Part shown: one piece after another, positions 25,976-39,525 of the stretch
Layout: each line of letters starts with the position of its first letter
Position numbering within the stretch: position 1 is the first letter of the stretch
Source: Octopus sinensis
Lineage: Eukaryota
Reading direction: 5' to 3'
Length of the DNA stretch: 64,000 nucleotides
Assembly (NCBI RefSeq): GCF_006345805.1
Contig: NC_043014.1
Coordinates: 10,230,001 to 10,294,000, forward strand
Made by a program: the position numbers and the translations under genes
Notes under the pieces: generated by a model
What the model was told of the DNA's origin: nothing
What the model saw: only the letters and a program-made list of their open reading frames with translations
Databases searched by the model: none

Positions 25976-26475
25976 GGAGGCGCAATGGCCCAGTGGTTAG
26001 GGAAGCGGACTCGCGGTCGTAGGATCGCGGTTTCGATTGCCAGACCGGGCATTGTAAGTGTTTATTGAGCAAAAACACCTAAAGCTCCACGAGGCTCTGG
26101 CAGCGGGGGTTAACCTTGCTGTACTCTTTCACCACAACTTTCTCTCACTCTTTCTGCCCGTTTCTGTTGTACCTGTATTTCAAAGGGGCCAGCCTTGTCA
26201 CACTCTGTGTCACGCTGAATCTCTCCGAGAACTACGTTAAGGGTACAGGTGTCTGTGGAGTGCTCAGCCACCTGCAAGTTAATAAATGAGCTGCGACGTC
26301 ACTGGTGCCAAGCTGTATCGACCTTTGCCTTTTCCCTTGGATAACATCGGTGCGTGGAGAGGGGGCGTATGCATGGGCGAATGCTGGCCTTCCATAAACA
26401 ACATTGCCAAGACTTGTGCCTCGGAAGGCAACTATCTAGGTGCAAACCCATGGTCATTCATGACCGAAGGTGGTC
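25976..26475 (+). mobile_element. Chimeric SINE: family D head and body plus family C 3' part
   Basis: D sequence runs to ~26282, then AATGAGCTGCGACGTCACTGG...GACCGAAGG matches the reverse complement of 4366-4570. Confidence 0.8.
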
Positions 26476-26495
26476 ACAATGAAACTCCTACAGAA

Positions 26496-26835
26496 CTTGG
26501 TTCTCAACGGGGGTCCATATGAACTTTGATGACCCTTATGAGATTATTTGGAGGTGTGCACTAGCAAAATCGTAAATGAAGGACCCACAGTAGAATTTTA
26601 ATTATCCATGAAAAGTTTTGTTTTAAATATCTATATTTCAAGAAACATCTGGGTTCCTTTCTCTAGCGTTTTACATATTTGAATCTATACATATGAATGT
26701 ATGGATAACAAAATAGGGATTTTGAAAGAAAGAACTATAAATTTAGTATTTAAACATCGAATAGTTATGGGTTTCCACTAGAATAAAATACTAAACAAAA
26801 GGGGTCCCTGGATAAAAAATGGTTGAGAACTACGG
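26496..26835. mobile_element. hAT-like MITE relic
   Basis: Ends CTTGGTTCTCAAC and GTTGAGAACTACGG resemble CAGTGGTTCTCAAC-type hAT TIRs. No clean 8-bp TSD. Confidence 0.5.
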
Positions 26836-27414
26836 CAATAGAGTAACATGATTGTCCATTAGAAATTTAGTAGAAAAGATAGAACACTCGCATTACATGT
26901 GTTAATCTTCAAACCGTTTTTCAGGCCCATTTCTGTCCAATTTTAATCATCAACGCAAGTAGATATACGTATATAATGAGATGTATTTTAGAAGTCCTGT
27001 AAGCGATGTTACGCCTGCTGTGCATGTCCGAGCATTTTTATATTCATTATCAATGAAATCTAATGATACAATACCAATGAAAACCTGATCACTTACCTAC
27101 TAAGTCATTACTAAGACGTCGTGGGACCGACTTAATAATGGAATATTGCATTAGTATGCAACATTATAATAAAATGGATATCAAATAATGATATGAAACC
27201 TTACATCGAATCCGATCAACAGCATATGAATAATAATGGGCTCATAATATATATTGGGCTAATTAGCTGCATTCTACATGTATTGTATTGTCGTATGGCT
27301 GACGGCATGTGAAGTCATATTAGTCTCTAAATATTCTAAAGAAGCAGTCAGGAACTCATTGCTGAGGGATCACTAAATGGCAACGATTGTGCTCATAGAA
27401 GAACACATACGCAC

Positions 27415-27476
<62 letters not shown>

Positions 27477-27863
27477 GCCCGAATGGAAATAACATAGTTT
27501 CGGTGATTTCAAAGAGCAGACGTCATTATAGTATCGTTGAATAAAATAGAGATGACAGACAGCAGGGAGTTGGAATAAGCTCGAAAATGTTTGTTAATTA
27601 TTTCAGGTCAAGCAATCGAATGATCTTTTTATCGATGCTTCTGGATGTAGCAACGATACTGTTACAATTGCGGGATAAATACTAAATTGTGAACCGCGCA
27701 TCGATTTTTCCACATCCTTTGATGGTGAAGAATGAGTTATTTTCTGGCCTTTGAAGAAAAGGACAAGACTTTTGTGATGGATTTCTAGCTATGTTAACGA
27801 TGTGCATCCGACAGCCATGATACTTGATGATAGGGCAAATGCACGGTTGCGTGCTGCACTTCT

Positions 27864-28273
27864 TATTTCTTTATTACCCACAAGGGGCTACACACAGAGA
27901 GGACAAACAAGGACAGGCAAAGGGATTAAGTCGATTACATCGACCCCAGTGCGTAACTGATACTTATTTAATCGACCCCGAAAGGACGAAAGCAAAGTTG
28001 CCCTCGGCGGAATTTGAACTCAGAACGTAACGCAGACGAAATACCTATTTCTTTACTCCTCACAAGGAGCTAAACACAGAGAGGACAAACAAGCACAGAC
28101 AAACGGATTAATTCGATTATATCGACCCCAGTGCGTAACTGGTACTTAATTTATCGGCCCCGAAAGGATGAAAGGCAAAGTCGACCTCGGTGGAATTTGA
28201 ACTCAGAACGTAAAGACAGGCGAAATACCGCTAAGTATTTCGCCCGGCGTGCTAACGTTTCTGCCAGTTTGCA
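27864..28273 (-). mobile_element. SINE family A dimer
   Basis: Junction GAAATACCTATTTC at ~28038-28051 is the same as in the other multimers. 14-bp TSD CGTGCTGCACTTCT at 27850-27863 and 28274-28287. Confidence 0.9.
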
Positions 28274-28919
28274 CGTGCTGCACTTCTGTAGGAGAATGGT
28301 GATATAAGATGGACTTGGGTTATATTACGTGATAGCAAGTAGGTCATTAATGTAAAGAGCGTAGAGAATGCAAGACACGTATGTGAACTCTGAAATACAT
28401 CAGTGTAGATTGAGAATGGGACAGCAGCACATCCCTGAAGAGTACGTTATGTTAAAGCGTCACTGAAACAAGAGATGAGTAGAGCCTGTAGTTGGATATC
28501 TTTTATATGATATCCAAGCGCCAATCACAATCTAAAACATTGCAAACGAGGAAGAATTATAAAATTGCTTTCAATTTAGTGAACGGTATAGGAAATGTAC
28601 ACTGCGTTTGTATCGCTCTTTCAGATTCACTACAAATGGTCGTTAAATGAAATGAGAGTGCAGTTCAGATCTTTGAAAACGGTGTTATTCATTGTTGTCT
28701 TCCTTATTTTGGAGGTGTTTTAAATCAGTGCAATGCCACAAACCTTGGTAGGGTCACAGGGTTGATTTTTGTGGCAACAATGCGACGCTATTTAGTGTCC
28801 TTCAATGAGAAGAATGTATCGCTGTGGAGTGAAAAAGACTGGAGAATTTCTTTTGCGTAGCATCTGATAGTTTTACGTTGCTGGTGTTATTGAAATAAGG
28901 AAAATAAAGTAAATTTGGT

Positions 28920-29160
28920 CCCCGAGTCATGGACTCATAGGGCCGGTTTCCAGGTTTTCATAGTGTATATATTCCGCACCTGGATGGGATGCCGGTTCCT
29001 CACGGGATTACTCATTTTTCCCAGCTGAGTAAATTGAAGCAACATGAAACGAAGTGTTTTGCTCAAGAACACAGTATGTCACTCGGTCCTAGAATGGAAA
29101 CCGCAATATAACAATCATAAACCCGACGTCCAAACCACTAAGCCAACACGCCTCTACCAT
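28920..29160 (-). mobile_element. Old SINE family E
   Basis: Diverged match to 51075-51320 (CCAGCTGAGT..., GTGTTTTGCTCAAGAACAC). Confidence 0.65.
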
Positions 29161-29275
29161 TGAACTTAAGAAACCGATAAAACAATCGCATTTAGTATTC
29201 GTATGTGTGGTTGTATGAGCGAGTGTGAGCGCGCACGAGCGTACACAACGGTAAACCTGGTGGAGTAGAATGGAA

Positions 29276-30308
29276 GCATGATAGATATTATGCGAACTGG
29301 GGATGCAGAAATTATTTATATTTCAAGTCTTAAACGGTTTAAGCGAACGATTAGACATGTCAGCCCATCACAGACATGATTAGGTATATTTACTTTGAAA
29401 TTACATATCATCGTTTTGCAAATTAAATCTCTCTTTATATAAAGCTGAAGTGTCTGTGTATGGCAGGTTTGGTAGCCTTCAACTAACACTATCTCCTCCG
29501 AGACCCTGCGGCGCAAGTTAAGCAAAATTGAGAGTATGATAGAAGAAGGCTTGCTCTTTCTTCCGTAGAAGAAAAAATTCAAATCGGACCATGTTAACAC
29601 CAAAAATTATTTACATCAAAAAGGTGCTTTTTTTTCTCTGAAAATCACTATTTTTTACGATTTTTTTTACTGCTGTGTCGCCATTTTTCAGTGTATTTCA
29701 ACCAGAAAAGTGTTCACTTAAAGAGAATAACAAGCTACATAATGCGAAATTTTTACTTTTCAAAAATTCCAATTCTAAAGGGTCGAAACAAACCCGAGCA
29801 ACGCCGGGCGATACCGCTAGTTATCAATATGTACAGTATACTGCCGAATATTTTACGTACTGGGATACAAAATGAGCAGAGAGGGCGTAGGTTTCCATCG
29901 CGAATACGCTTTGGGATGTAGAGAAGAATCGGATTCTACAAAGCTCGTGAGGATGCTTTTTGCAAGTTTGCAGGAAGAATCTGTGGAAGTTTGAAGATAA
30001 GTGTAAAAAAACATGTGGCCAGTTAATTGCATGAAGGCATTCTTCGTGTTTCGGTTGTGATACTGCAATGCTTGCGTACTGAGTGCATTGGGAAAAAAAA
30101 ATGACCTTTCCCAGTACGTAAAATATTCGGCAGTATGCAGTATATATTGATAATTTAATTTGCAAAGAGATGATGATATGTGATTTCAAAGTAAATATTC
30201 ATAATCATGTCTGAGATGGGTTGACATATCTAATCGTTCGCTTAATCCGTTTAAGACTTGAAATATGAATAATTTCTTCATCCACAGTTTGAATTATATC
30301 TATCATGC
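29276..30308. mobile_element. MITE with ~200-bp inverted arms, left arm interrupted by a Helitron
   Basis: 29276-29427 plus 29821-29864 is the reverse complement of 30110-30308. Confidence 0.85.
29428..29820 (+). mobile_element. Non-autonomous Helitron (393 bp)
   Basis: 5' TC, 3' CTAG, hairpin CCCGAGCAACGCCGGG at 29793-29808. Inserted between A and T with no TSD. Confidence 0.9.
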
Positions 30309-30765
30309 ATTTTTCAAAATGAAGTAATCAAGTATTTACAACAAGATTTTAAAAGCCGTTGCAAAACGCAATGTACTTAAGAGGCTTGGTTACATTTTTT
30401 ATATTTCTTTACGCATTAATAAGATGATAGAATAAGATGATAAACTTTATCACACTTCTTGCTTAATTCAATATCATTTCCAAGCAGACTATTGTGATGT
30501 GTTTGTTCTTTGGCCCAATGTTTACAAAGCTTTCGAAAGTCTTTTAACGAAATTTCGAATAGTTTGTATGCAACGTCGAATAAATTCATAAATTTTATTT
30601 ATGTAGTGATTATCGTTGTGTTCTCGACTTTTAAATGTTCACCGTTAACAAATTACAGGCGAGCGAGGGATTTTCTACGTAACAAAACACAATAAATGGT
30701 TTACTTTCGGGTTTGAATATGCCTCATGCATATTTGAATTAATAATAGCCTTGTAATTATCCTTT

Positions 30766-30965
30766 CCTACTCTAGGCACAAGCCCGAAATCTTTTGAGCG
30801 GGGGCCCAGTCGATTAGTACGTATCTGGTACTGAATTTATCGATCCCGAAAGAATGAAAGGCAAAGTCGACCTCGGCGGAGTTTGAACTCAGAACGTAAA
30901 GACAAATGAAACACCGCTAGGCATTTTGCCAGGCGTGCTAACGTTTCTGCCAGCTCGCCGCCTTG
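30766..30965 (-). mobile_element. SINE family A monomer with an alternative 3' tail
   Basis: 20-bp TSD TAGCCTTGTAATTATCCTTT at 30746-30765 and 30966-30985. Tail reads ...GGGCTTGTGCCTAGAGTAGG. Confidence 0.9.
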
Positions 30966-31019
30966 TAGCCTTGTAATTATCCTTTATGTTTTGTAGTTAG
31001 TCGGGACAGTTTGTTATGG

Positions 31020-31930
31020 TCATCTCAAAAGCTCGAAGCTGGTCTTCTTCAGACTTGATTTTGGAACAGAGGCTTCTCTTTGTCTTTTCCCCATTGCTAG
31101 CTTGCTGAAAAGGATCTAACTAGGAAGACGAGCGACATACATTGTTCATCCTGGTGACATGGCTCAACCACGGAAGACGATGCTTTATGATTAAAGATTC
31201 AATGCTCTGTTTATTCACTATTTCGATCACGAAGATATTGGAGCGATAGTCAAATCGCTTGATGCTCAACAGGGAACGAAGTTCCAGTTGATGAAAGCGT
31301 TCAAGGTTTTGACGTCGAGACGATACAAATCCCTACCTTTCTCAACCCTATTGGAGCTTGGATATAGCAACAATCTGGTAGACTACAATCTTCGTCTTCA
31401 AAGTTAAGGCTTTGATGTCCTTATCATCCCTTCTCCTCAATCCAAGCCCACCCTAGCGATGGTATGAATGTTCATCGTGAACGACTCTTGGAATTCTCAT
31501 TTCAATATGGACTGAAACAAACCTACGTAGTCGCTCCTTGTTGCAATGATCTTTGAACCTCCTAAGGATCAGCCAGGAGTCTGGATATAAGATATCGTTT
31601 TGATGAAGTTTGGCATGGTTTTGATCAAAGAAACTCACCAATACTATGCGGATCTCAGAACTCCAATATGTTGATTACAAAGAGGCGCCCAGTTATTCAT
31701 GCTTCGAACTACAACATGCTGTCAATAATTTTACCATTGCGTATCACCATTTTGGGCTCACCCTAAGTACTAAAAGATCTCAAATACTCGTCCTGCCAGC
31801 CACGAATTCTGGCCTCCAGGACTCTAACATCGTCATTTCGGAAACAGTTTGAAGAATTTGTTCATTTTGCATACCTTAGAAATATGCTCTCCACCAAATA
31901 CAATTCTGAGGAAGAAGTGGAACAAAGGAA
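31020..31930. pseudogene. Rearranged RTE-like LINE RT remnant
   Basis: Plus strand 31640-31930: ELQYVD, FGLTLSTKRS, EEVEQR. Minus strand 31020-31460: LRRR, TLKTKIVVY, KTLNAF, HRLPWLSHVTRM. Confidence 0.6.
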
Positions 31931-32104
31931 TAGGAATGGTAAAATCCAGGCAAATATTTTCTTTTATTTTCTTTTCTTTTCTTTTTAGCGTTCTCTAGTG
32001 AAACAACTTGGCTAACTAGGTCCACGATTCAGAATTGTCTGGAACCATGTTGTGCATACGCTTACATTCTCCCTACTGTTTCATTGGTTCAGAGATAAGC
32101 TGAC

Positions 32105-32123
32105 AGATAGATAGATATATAGT

Positions 32124-32155
<32 letters not shown>

Positions 32156-32188
32156 CAGACAGATAGGTAGATGGATAGATATATATTT

Positions 32189-32220
<32 letters not shown>

Positions 32221-32221
32221 G

Positions 32222-32260
<39 letters not shown>

Positions 32261-32285
32261 TGATAGATAGATAGATAGATAGATC

Positions 32286-32349
<64 letters not shown>

Positions 32350-32350
32350 C
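32105..32350. repeat. (GATA)n microsatellite
   Basis: Direct reading. Confidence 0.97.
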
Positions 32351-32564
32351 AAAATCAGTAGATGCTGATGAAATTAAATGGCGTATGTATTAGAATGTAT
32401 ATAGATGTTTCACAATATGTATGCAAATGTTTTTTCTACATAAAAACATCTTTAGATGAATACATGGAAGGATTATTTAGAGATAAACATATCCACATCA
32501 CGATGCATACATATACTCTAGACTCGCAAACATATGCACACTATTATACGCACCAATGTGTGTG

Positions 32565-34254
32565 CATTCGCGTATTTGTTGAGGTGTGTCTGCGTGACTG
32601 TGTCTCTAGGTACATGTGTCTACTTATTAGGAAACTTTCCAAATATGAGAATGAGAGACTGTTCTCTGTCTTGACAATGGGCCATAGAATAATAGATATG
32701 TTATTGCAGTTGCAATTACTCAGAACCGTATTCTTCTACAACAATCGTTAAGTTTGACAGAGGGGAAAATGCCTAATATTTTGCTCTTTTTGGTTTGCAC
32801 TTTATATAGCCTTTCTATGTCTTTTCTTTTTGATATAACTACTTTCCTTATCTTCCTTCTCCTTTCATTTGTACTTTCCTTCCATATATTTTGTCTTTAT
32901 TTTAAATTCAGCTTATTTTTATTTCTCTCTTCTTTCATTTAGATTTTTTTGTCTTTACTTTCTATGGTTTTTACGATGTGCTTTTCTTACTGAATTCTTC
33001 ATTATTCTCGTTCCTTCTTTCTTTTTTACAGTCTTTCCTTTCTTTCTTTCTTTCTTTCTTTCTAAGTGCAATTTTTTCTCATTGTCTGTCATTCTAGTTA
33101 CAAAATTTCCTTCTGTCATTCATGTTATAAACTTTCTCGCATTTCAACTAATATTTTCTTTTTAAACTTTCTTCATATTTTTCTCCTTTCACAAATAGAC
33201 TATTTTTACAGTTTACAATAATTTTTGTCTTACTGGCTTTTTTTAACATTGTCCTTTACTTTTCCTTTTTCGTGTTTTCTTTTCTTAATTTTTTTATTTT
33301 ATAAATCACATTTTCAAAAAATCATATTCATTTTCATCAAATAAATTTTAAAATATTGAGAAATACTAATAGGCTACGAAGCGTGATAGCAAAATCTACA
33401 TTGTAAACAAATGAGAAGAACTCAATGTATTTATATCTGTTTTCGTTTGTTTTTAATTTTAAAATATTTTCACACTATACTATTCTTATATTTAATAAAT
33501 AATAAATGTTTTACCTACATTTATATTATATTTGTATTTGGATATATTTACCTAGATATGGACAGTTAGTTACAAATGTCCTTTATTTCAATAAACGATG
33601 GAAGAGTGAATGCAATATTTATGACAGTAAAAGAAAGCAACTTATTGGTTTCTACCAGAAAACGGAACCAGCACGAAGATTGAATTTCTGATGAGTTTAT
33701 AAGCTGCCCTATTGGCCCCCGACACATATATTTGCTTACACTAAAATCTTATGTTACTACACGACATAGAAGCAATAAGGAACGCCAATCATTTGAATGG
33801 TATTCAGTGTTGCCTTTATATTTATTCCTTTTGTTAACGAATGCCTCACTTCAAATATATATATATCAAAGTGTCATAAACAGACAAGACGAAACCACTA
33901 GGGGAGATACGAAATATCTTGTTGACTTCAATTCTTTTTACCTTTAACATTCTTAGTTAAAGTTCGATTGATTTCATATTTCGTTTACTTATCTCTAAGA
34001 TTCGAATTTTCAGTTATTGCATGTGTGTCGTTTGTGTGTAAGTAACGCCTTTATATATGTGAGAGTCCATTCGCGTATTTGATGAGTTGTGTCTGTGTGA
34101 CTGTGTCTCTAAGTACATGTGTCTACTTATTAGGAAACTTTCCAAATATGAGAATGAGAGACTGTTCTCTGTCTTGACAATGGGCCATAGAATAATAGAT
34201 ATGTTATTGCAGTTGCAATTACTCAGAACTGCATTCTTCTACAACAATCGTTAA
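32565..34254 (+). repeat. Pair of 187-bp direct repeats (32565-32751 and 34068-34254)
   Basis: About 6 mismatches by eye. They enclose ~1.3 kb that includes a very T-rich stretch. Confidence 0.9.
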
Positions 34255-34285
34255 TTGTATATACATAAATATATTTATGTATATA

Positions 34286-35555
34286 CAAGGTGCGATGAGT
34301 AAATTGTCGCCATTCTATTTTTTTTTAATTTCGTGCATGTGCATTGCTTGTTTATGATTTTGTCGATTGCACAGTAATGTGGGGCCATTTGGGCACCATC
34401 TGTGAGAACAAAAGCCGAATTACGCATTTCACTCTGTCGCAAATTTGGAAATGACATGCCGTACTGCAAGGCATTCCCGCCAGAAACTCAAATACGAACA
34501 GTTCAGTGTGTTTGGGTGTCGATCTGAGGATATTGCAAAAGATTGCGGAATGATTGGATGAATCCAATTGTGATTACAAACATACGGTAGCTAGGAAATT
34601 CCCGAATCTAGTGGTGAGATTCAAGGCATGATTGACAACGATCCTTTCAAGACAATCGGGACCGTCGCTAAGGAACATAGGAGTGTCTGGGTTTCTTATT
34701 ATGCAGGTAGTGCATAAAGACATTCGCTATTCTTCATACAAGACGAGAAACGGCTAATTGTTATCACAAACCATCAATGACAATAGGAAGGACTGTGCTA
34801 CGAAGCTTTCGAACAAACTCAAGCATCCCCTCCATCGGAACATGTTTTGGTTTTTCTTAGACGAGAAAATAATTCTGCCAGTGTCAGAATGTGAATACAC
34901 AGCGCAACCGTTGGTTTGTCATGTCCCCAAAACATGTACTGAGAATGATAAAAATGAAACATCCGGTCAACATCATAGTGGTTGGAGTAATCACTAGTGA
35001 TAGCTCCGTTATACCTCCATTCATCCTCCCACCAAGGCCTTACATTCAACACAGTACTCTACTTCAAGTACCGACTGGAAGAGGTAGAGTTTCCCTGCAT
35101 CAAGATAGAGGATGCTGGAAGACCCTATGTCTGGTAACAGGGCTCCGCAACGTGCCGCACAAGCAGGAAAACCCAGTCATGGCTGTCAGACAATTTCTGA
35201 TTCCACATTACTCCTAACATTTGGCCACCTAACTCCCTAGTCTTTAACACCCTTGAATTTTATGCATGGGGCGCATTTGAGCGAGGGACCAGCAAAACTC
35301 CTAGCACCGAAGATGAAATGAAGGGAAGGATTAGTGCAGCATTCACCAAGAAAACCGTCAAGAATGTTGCAGGAGATTCCGAAGTCGCCTGGAGGCCGTC
35401 GCTGACAATAATTGCGATTTTATTGAGTAATATCAGCTCTTTAGCATTTCAAGATATTTTAAATGTAATTTTGGTAAATATATCTGTTAAAATGAGACGT
35501 CAATATTATTTTTATTTTTGCGTAATTTGGACGACAATATATTCAGCGCACCTTC
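34286..35555 (+). mobile_element. Degraded maT-type (DD37D) Tc1/mariner transposon
   Basis: TIR CAAGGTGCGATGAGTAAATTGTCG is matched at ~35528-35555, with a left TA. Motifs FFLDEK, RPYVW*QG(D)S and WPPNS...LE(D)FY. I count 37 codons between the 2nd and 3rd catalytic positions. Confidence 0.8.
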
Positions 35556-35871
35556 TGTGTGTGTGTCCGTGTATATATATATATATAGATGTGTGTGTGT
35601 ATATATATGTATGTGTATATATATATACATATGTATATATATTAGCAATAATAAAAATGTGACCACAAATTAATGAATGAGACCTCGATATTATGTAAAT
35701 AGAGGAATTTATGTATAAATATCAAAAGTGAGAATTAGTTGGTTGTCATAATAAAACTCAGAGTCTCGGATACCGTAGCAGACTTCATCCCTGGCATCCA
35801 AAACTCTGAGCTTTATTAAGACATCCAACTAATAGTCACGTATTATATATGTATATATATATATGTATGTA

Positions 35872-35938
<67 letters not shown>

Positions 35939-35957
35939 TATATATATATAATCATAA

Positions 35958-36014
<57 letters not shown>

Positions 36015-36202
36015 AATATATATACATATATATATATAGATATATATATAGAGAGAGAGCGATAGATAGATAGATAGATAGATAGATATATAGATATATT
36101 CTTACACACACACACATATATATATAGTAAGAAAAAGGAAGGAGGAGACAACCCATTTTCCTCACGTAATGAGTTGTAATGCAAAATATATATATATAAG
36201 AC

Positions 36203-36789
36203 AAAAGAAGGAAAATGCATACAGTTTACATAATTTCAACATGCCGTTTAATATATAATCTTATAAGTGAAAAGTGTATTGTGTTTGTATTCGCTAATCA
36301 TGATATTGAAGTTATTGTAATTTCGCATTTTATGATTTTAATCCATGTTGCGTATGGGAGTTTGTGAATAGATGTAAGAGAAGGTAATTTGTGACCATTA
36401 TTATTGGGGACAGGGGAGGTAATTGATAACATTTAGGGGAGGGGTTAAATAAATATATGAAAACGCAAAAAGCTAAACTGGTGAGATAAAGAAGTTGACA
36501 GTGGCGGGAATGTGAACATGAATTAAAATATATACTGAAACCCAACTTGGTTCTGCGTTCATAATTTGGCGTGTTGTGTGTTTTTAGATAAATAAATGTT
36601 CTTTATTTAAATATTATTGTACAGAAATTGTTTCTTCGAAATGGGGAAAACTGTGAACGAAACTACAATAATCTCAATGTCATGATTAGCTATAGCGAAA
36701 CCGGTTGACAGCCTCAATACTCTTTCACTTATAAAATATATCAAAAGCTATATTAAAACCATGTAAACTGCATTAATTTTCCTTCTTTT
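36203..36789. mobile_element. Fold-back element with diverged ~125-bp inverted arms
   Basis: 36203-36325 pairs with 36658-36789 (AAAAGAAGGAAAAT, CAGTTTACAT, TTATAAGTGAAA, GCTAATCATGA shared). Set among TA/TTA tracts. Confidence 0.65.
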
Positions 36790-36968
36790 ATTATTATTAT
36801 TATAATTTTTATTATTATTATTATTATATTATTATATATATATATATATTTAGGTACATGCATACATACACATATATGTATAATATATATATATTATATA
36901 TATTATACATTTCAGCATGGCCGCAGCTCTGAGCTGAAACTAGAAAAAATATATATATATAATATATA

Positions 36969-37006
<38 letters not shown>

Positions 37007-37274
37007 TAAGAAAGAGGTTGTGAATCCAACCAACTAAGGGATAATATCTATCCAATATACTGCTGGTAGAATACCCAGTTATGAATACGCACGTCTTTTT
37101 TTATTGCATTGCAATTACATTACCTAGTGTACTAAATGGGTGAAGGTAAAGAATATTTACTATTAATTTATAGAGCAATAAGAAAATGGAGAACAACAGG
37201 TGGTTCATCAACTTTTAGACATTATATCATGTCAACTTATTTATTTATTGCTCTCTCTCTCTTTCTCTCTATCT

Positions 37275-37321
<47 letters not shown>

Positions 37322-38054
37322 ACAAACATAGATATCTTAGCATAGATACATACATACAAGGTAAAATGGCGATACATTCAACATATTTCCATCAATCTAT
37401 TAATGAATAGGCAACTCCAGTTTTCCTAATTAGCAGTATTTACTTTGGTTTCTTGCGTTTCTATGAAACCCCTACTCCAATACACCCGCGCACATCCCCC
37501 TTTGTTCTCGATGTCTACAATTACAAAGAGTGGCAAGAAATTGTCGAACATTTTTCAGACCACCTATCAATTGTAATTAAAACAGAAGCACACGTCAATA
37601 AACAAAATAGAAATCCTCCTTTGAATATTTTTTTTTACCAAAAAAATAAAAGAAAGAAAGAAAGAGGAAAAAATTCAGAAAAAAAGCAAATGGTTTCAGA
37701 GCAGAAAATAGCCGTTATCAACCTAGACAATGCACACATTGTCAGATATCCAGACAAACTAAATACAATCGCGTCTCCAAAAACATCAAAATTCAGTGTT
37801 AAAAAATACACACAACAGAAATACATTCTAAAAGACAAATGTTGAATATACAACCAAGACAAAAAGTTAGCAGCAGAAGAATGGACTGCAAAAAGAGTAA
37901 AGACAATAGTGAAAATAATAAGACATATGTGCAGAGAATACTAGCAAGTATTAGTATTGATGATAAATTATAGGGATACCGGTAAAACACTACGCATATT
38001 AATTATTATCACCAACACAAAATCTTCAATATCATTATCATTAACAACCAAAAT

Positions 38055-38434
38055 GGAAGCACTCCGTCGGTTACGACGACGAGGGTTCCGGTTGATCCGA
38101 ATCAACGGGACAGCCTGCTCGTGAAATTAACGTGTAAGTGGCTGAGCACCCCACAGACACGTGTACCCTTAACGTAGTTCTCGGGGATATTCAGCGTGAC
38201 ACAGAGAGTGACAAGGCCGGCCCTTTGAAATACAGGTACAACAGAAACAGGAAGTAAGAGTGAGAGGAAGTTGTGCTGAAAGAGTACAGCAGGGATCACC
38301 ACCATCCCCTGCCGGAGCCTCGTGGAGCTTTAGGTGTTTTCGCTCAATAAACACTCACAACGCCCGGTCTGGGAATCGAAACCACGATCCTACGACCGCG
38401 AGTCCGCTGCCCTAACCAATGGGCCATTGCGCCC
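38055..38434 (-). mobile_element. Full-length SINE family D
   Basis: High identity to the other D copies. TSD-like ACAACCA(A/C)AAT at 38044-38054 and 38435-38445. Confidence 0.92.
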
Positions 38435-39294
38435 ACAACCACAATAAGCACATGTGGTGCTATATCATAATAACACAAATGATGTTCCAACAATGCCGCA
38501 CCAAGCAAATTCTTTCCACAGATATTTCCAAAAATAAAAATCGCTCTCAAGAGTTAGAACTTAAAACCTACGTTTGATACACAAGTTCCACGAGTCAACA
38601 ACTTTTTTTTTCGTCCTTGATCGGAACAAGAAATAATAAAATCGAAAAAGTCATTTGCATTGATAAATCATAAATTCAAATTGTCAGAAGAAATCAATGC
38701 ATTCTGGGGACATTTAGAGCGACTCTCGCCAGACACGCTATTATTTCAGGATTCCTTATCCTTTCGGGGTCGATTAAATAAGTACCAGTTACGCACTGGG
38801 GTCGATATAATCGACTTAATCCGTTTGTCTGTCCCTGTTTGTCCTCTCTGTGTTTAGCCCCTTGTGGGTAGTACAGAAATAGCTATTATTTCAGGATTCA
38901 AGGAGCTGGTAAAAATGATGATTATTTGAAGTCCCAAGCAATATAACATCATATGGGCCTTTGCCCTCATATTAAATGCACTCAAAATTTCAGAAAGTGT
39001 AGCTCATTGTAAAACTAACCCACGCACCATCTTCACCGAAGGAAACACCCGGATAGACCACTATACTCAACTGATAGAAAACTTAAAACACATAGAATAA
39101 AAATGTTGCTTTTATGCCAGCACAACCCCTCAACTGTAAAAGAGCCATAGAAAATAACAGTCATACATTCACAAAAACAGTATCCGTAAGAAAAAAATCA
39201 CGGCTGTCATCGAAAGCTAGAACTACACGGACTGAAACAAAAAAAAATCTGGAACATGCACAACACACCTCCTAGATATAACACAGAAATATAT

Positions 39295-39525
39295 ATTTCT
39301 TTAGTACCCACAAGGGGCTAAACACAGAGGAGACAAACACGGACAGACAAAAAGATTAAGTCGATTACATCGACCTCAGTGCGTAACTGGTACTTAATTT
39401 ATCGACCCCGGAAGGATGAAAGGCAAAGTCGACCTCGACGGAATTTGAACTCGGAACGTAACGGCAGACGAAATACGGCAACGCATTTCGCCCGGCGTGC
39501 TAACGTTTCTGCCAGCTCGCCGCCT
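39295..39525 (-). mobile_element. SINE family A monomer
   Basis: Reverse complement of 524-750. Confidence 0.9.

Noticed and set aside
33688-33720. CTGATGAG as a hammerhead core or C/D box
   Set aside because: No GAAA after a stem II and no terminal stem or D-box pairing.
35760-35815. Hammerhead relic within a short inverted repeat (CTCAGAGT/ACTCTGAG)
   Set aside because: The core reads GGGATGA and GAGAC, and the stem is not adjacent to it.
37453-37845. 130-aa ORF
   Set aside because: A-rich low-complexity sequence with no motif or splice support.
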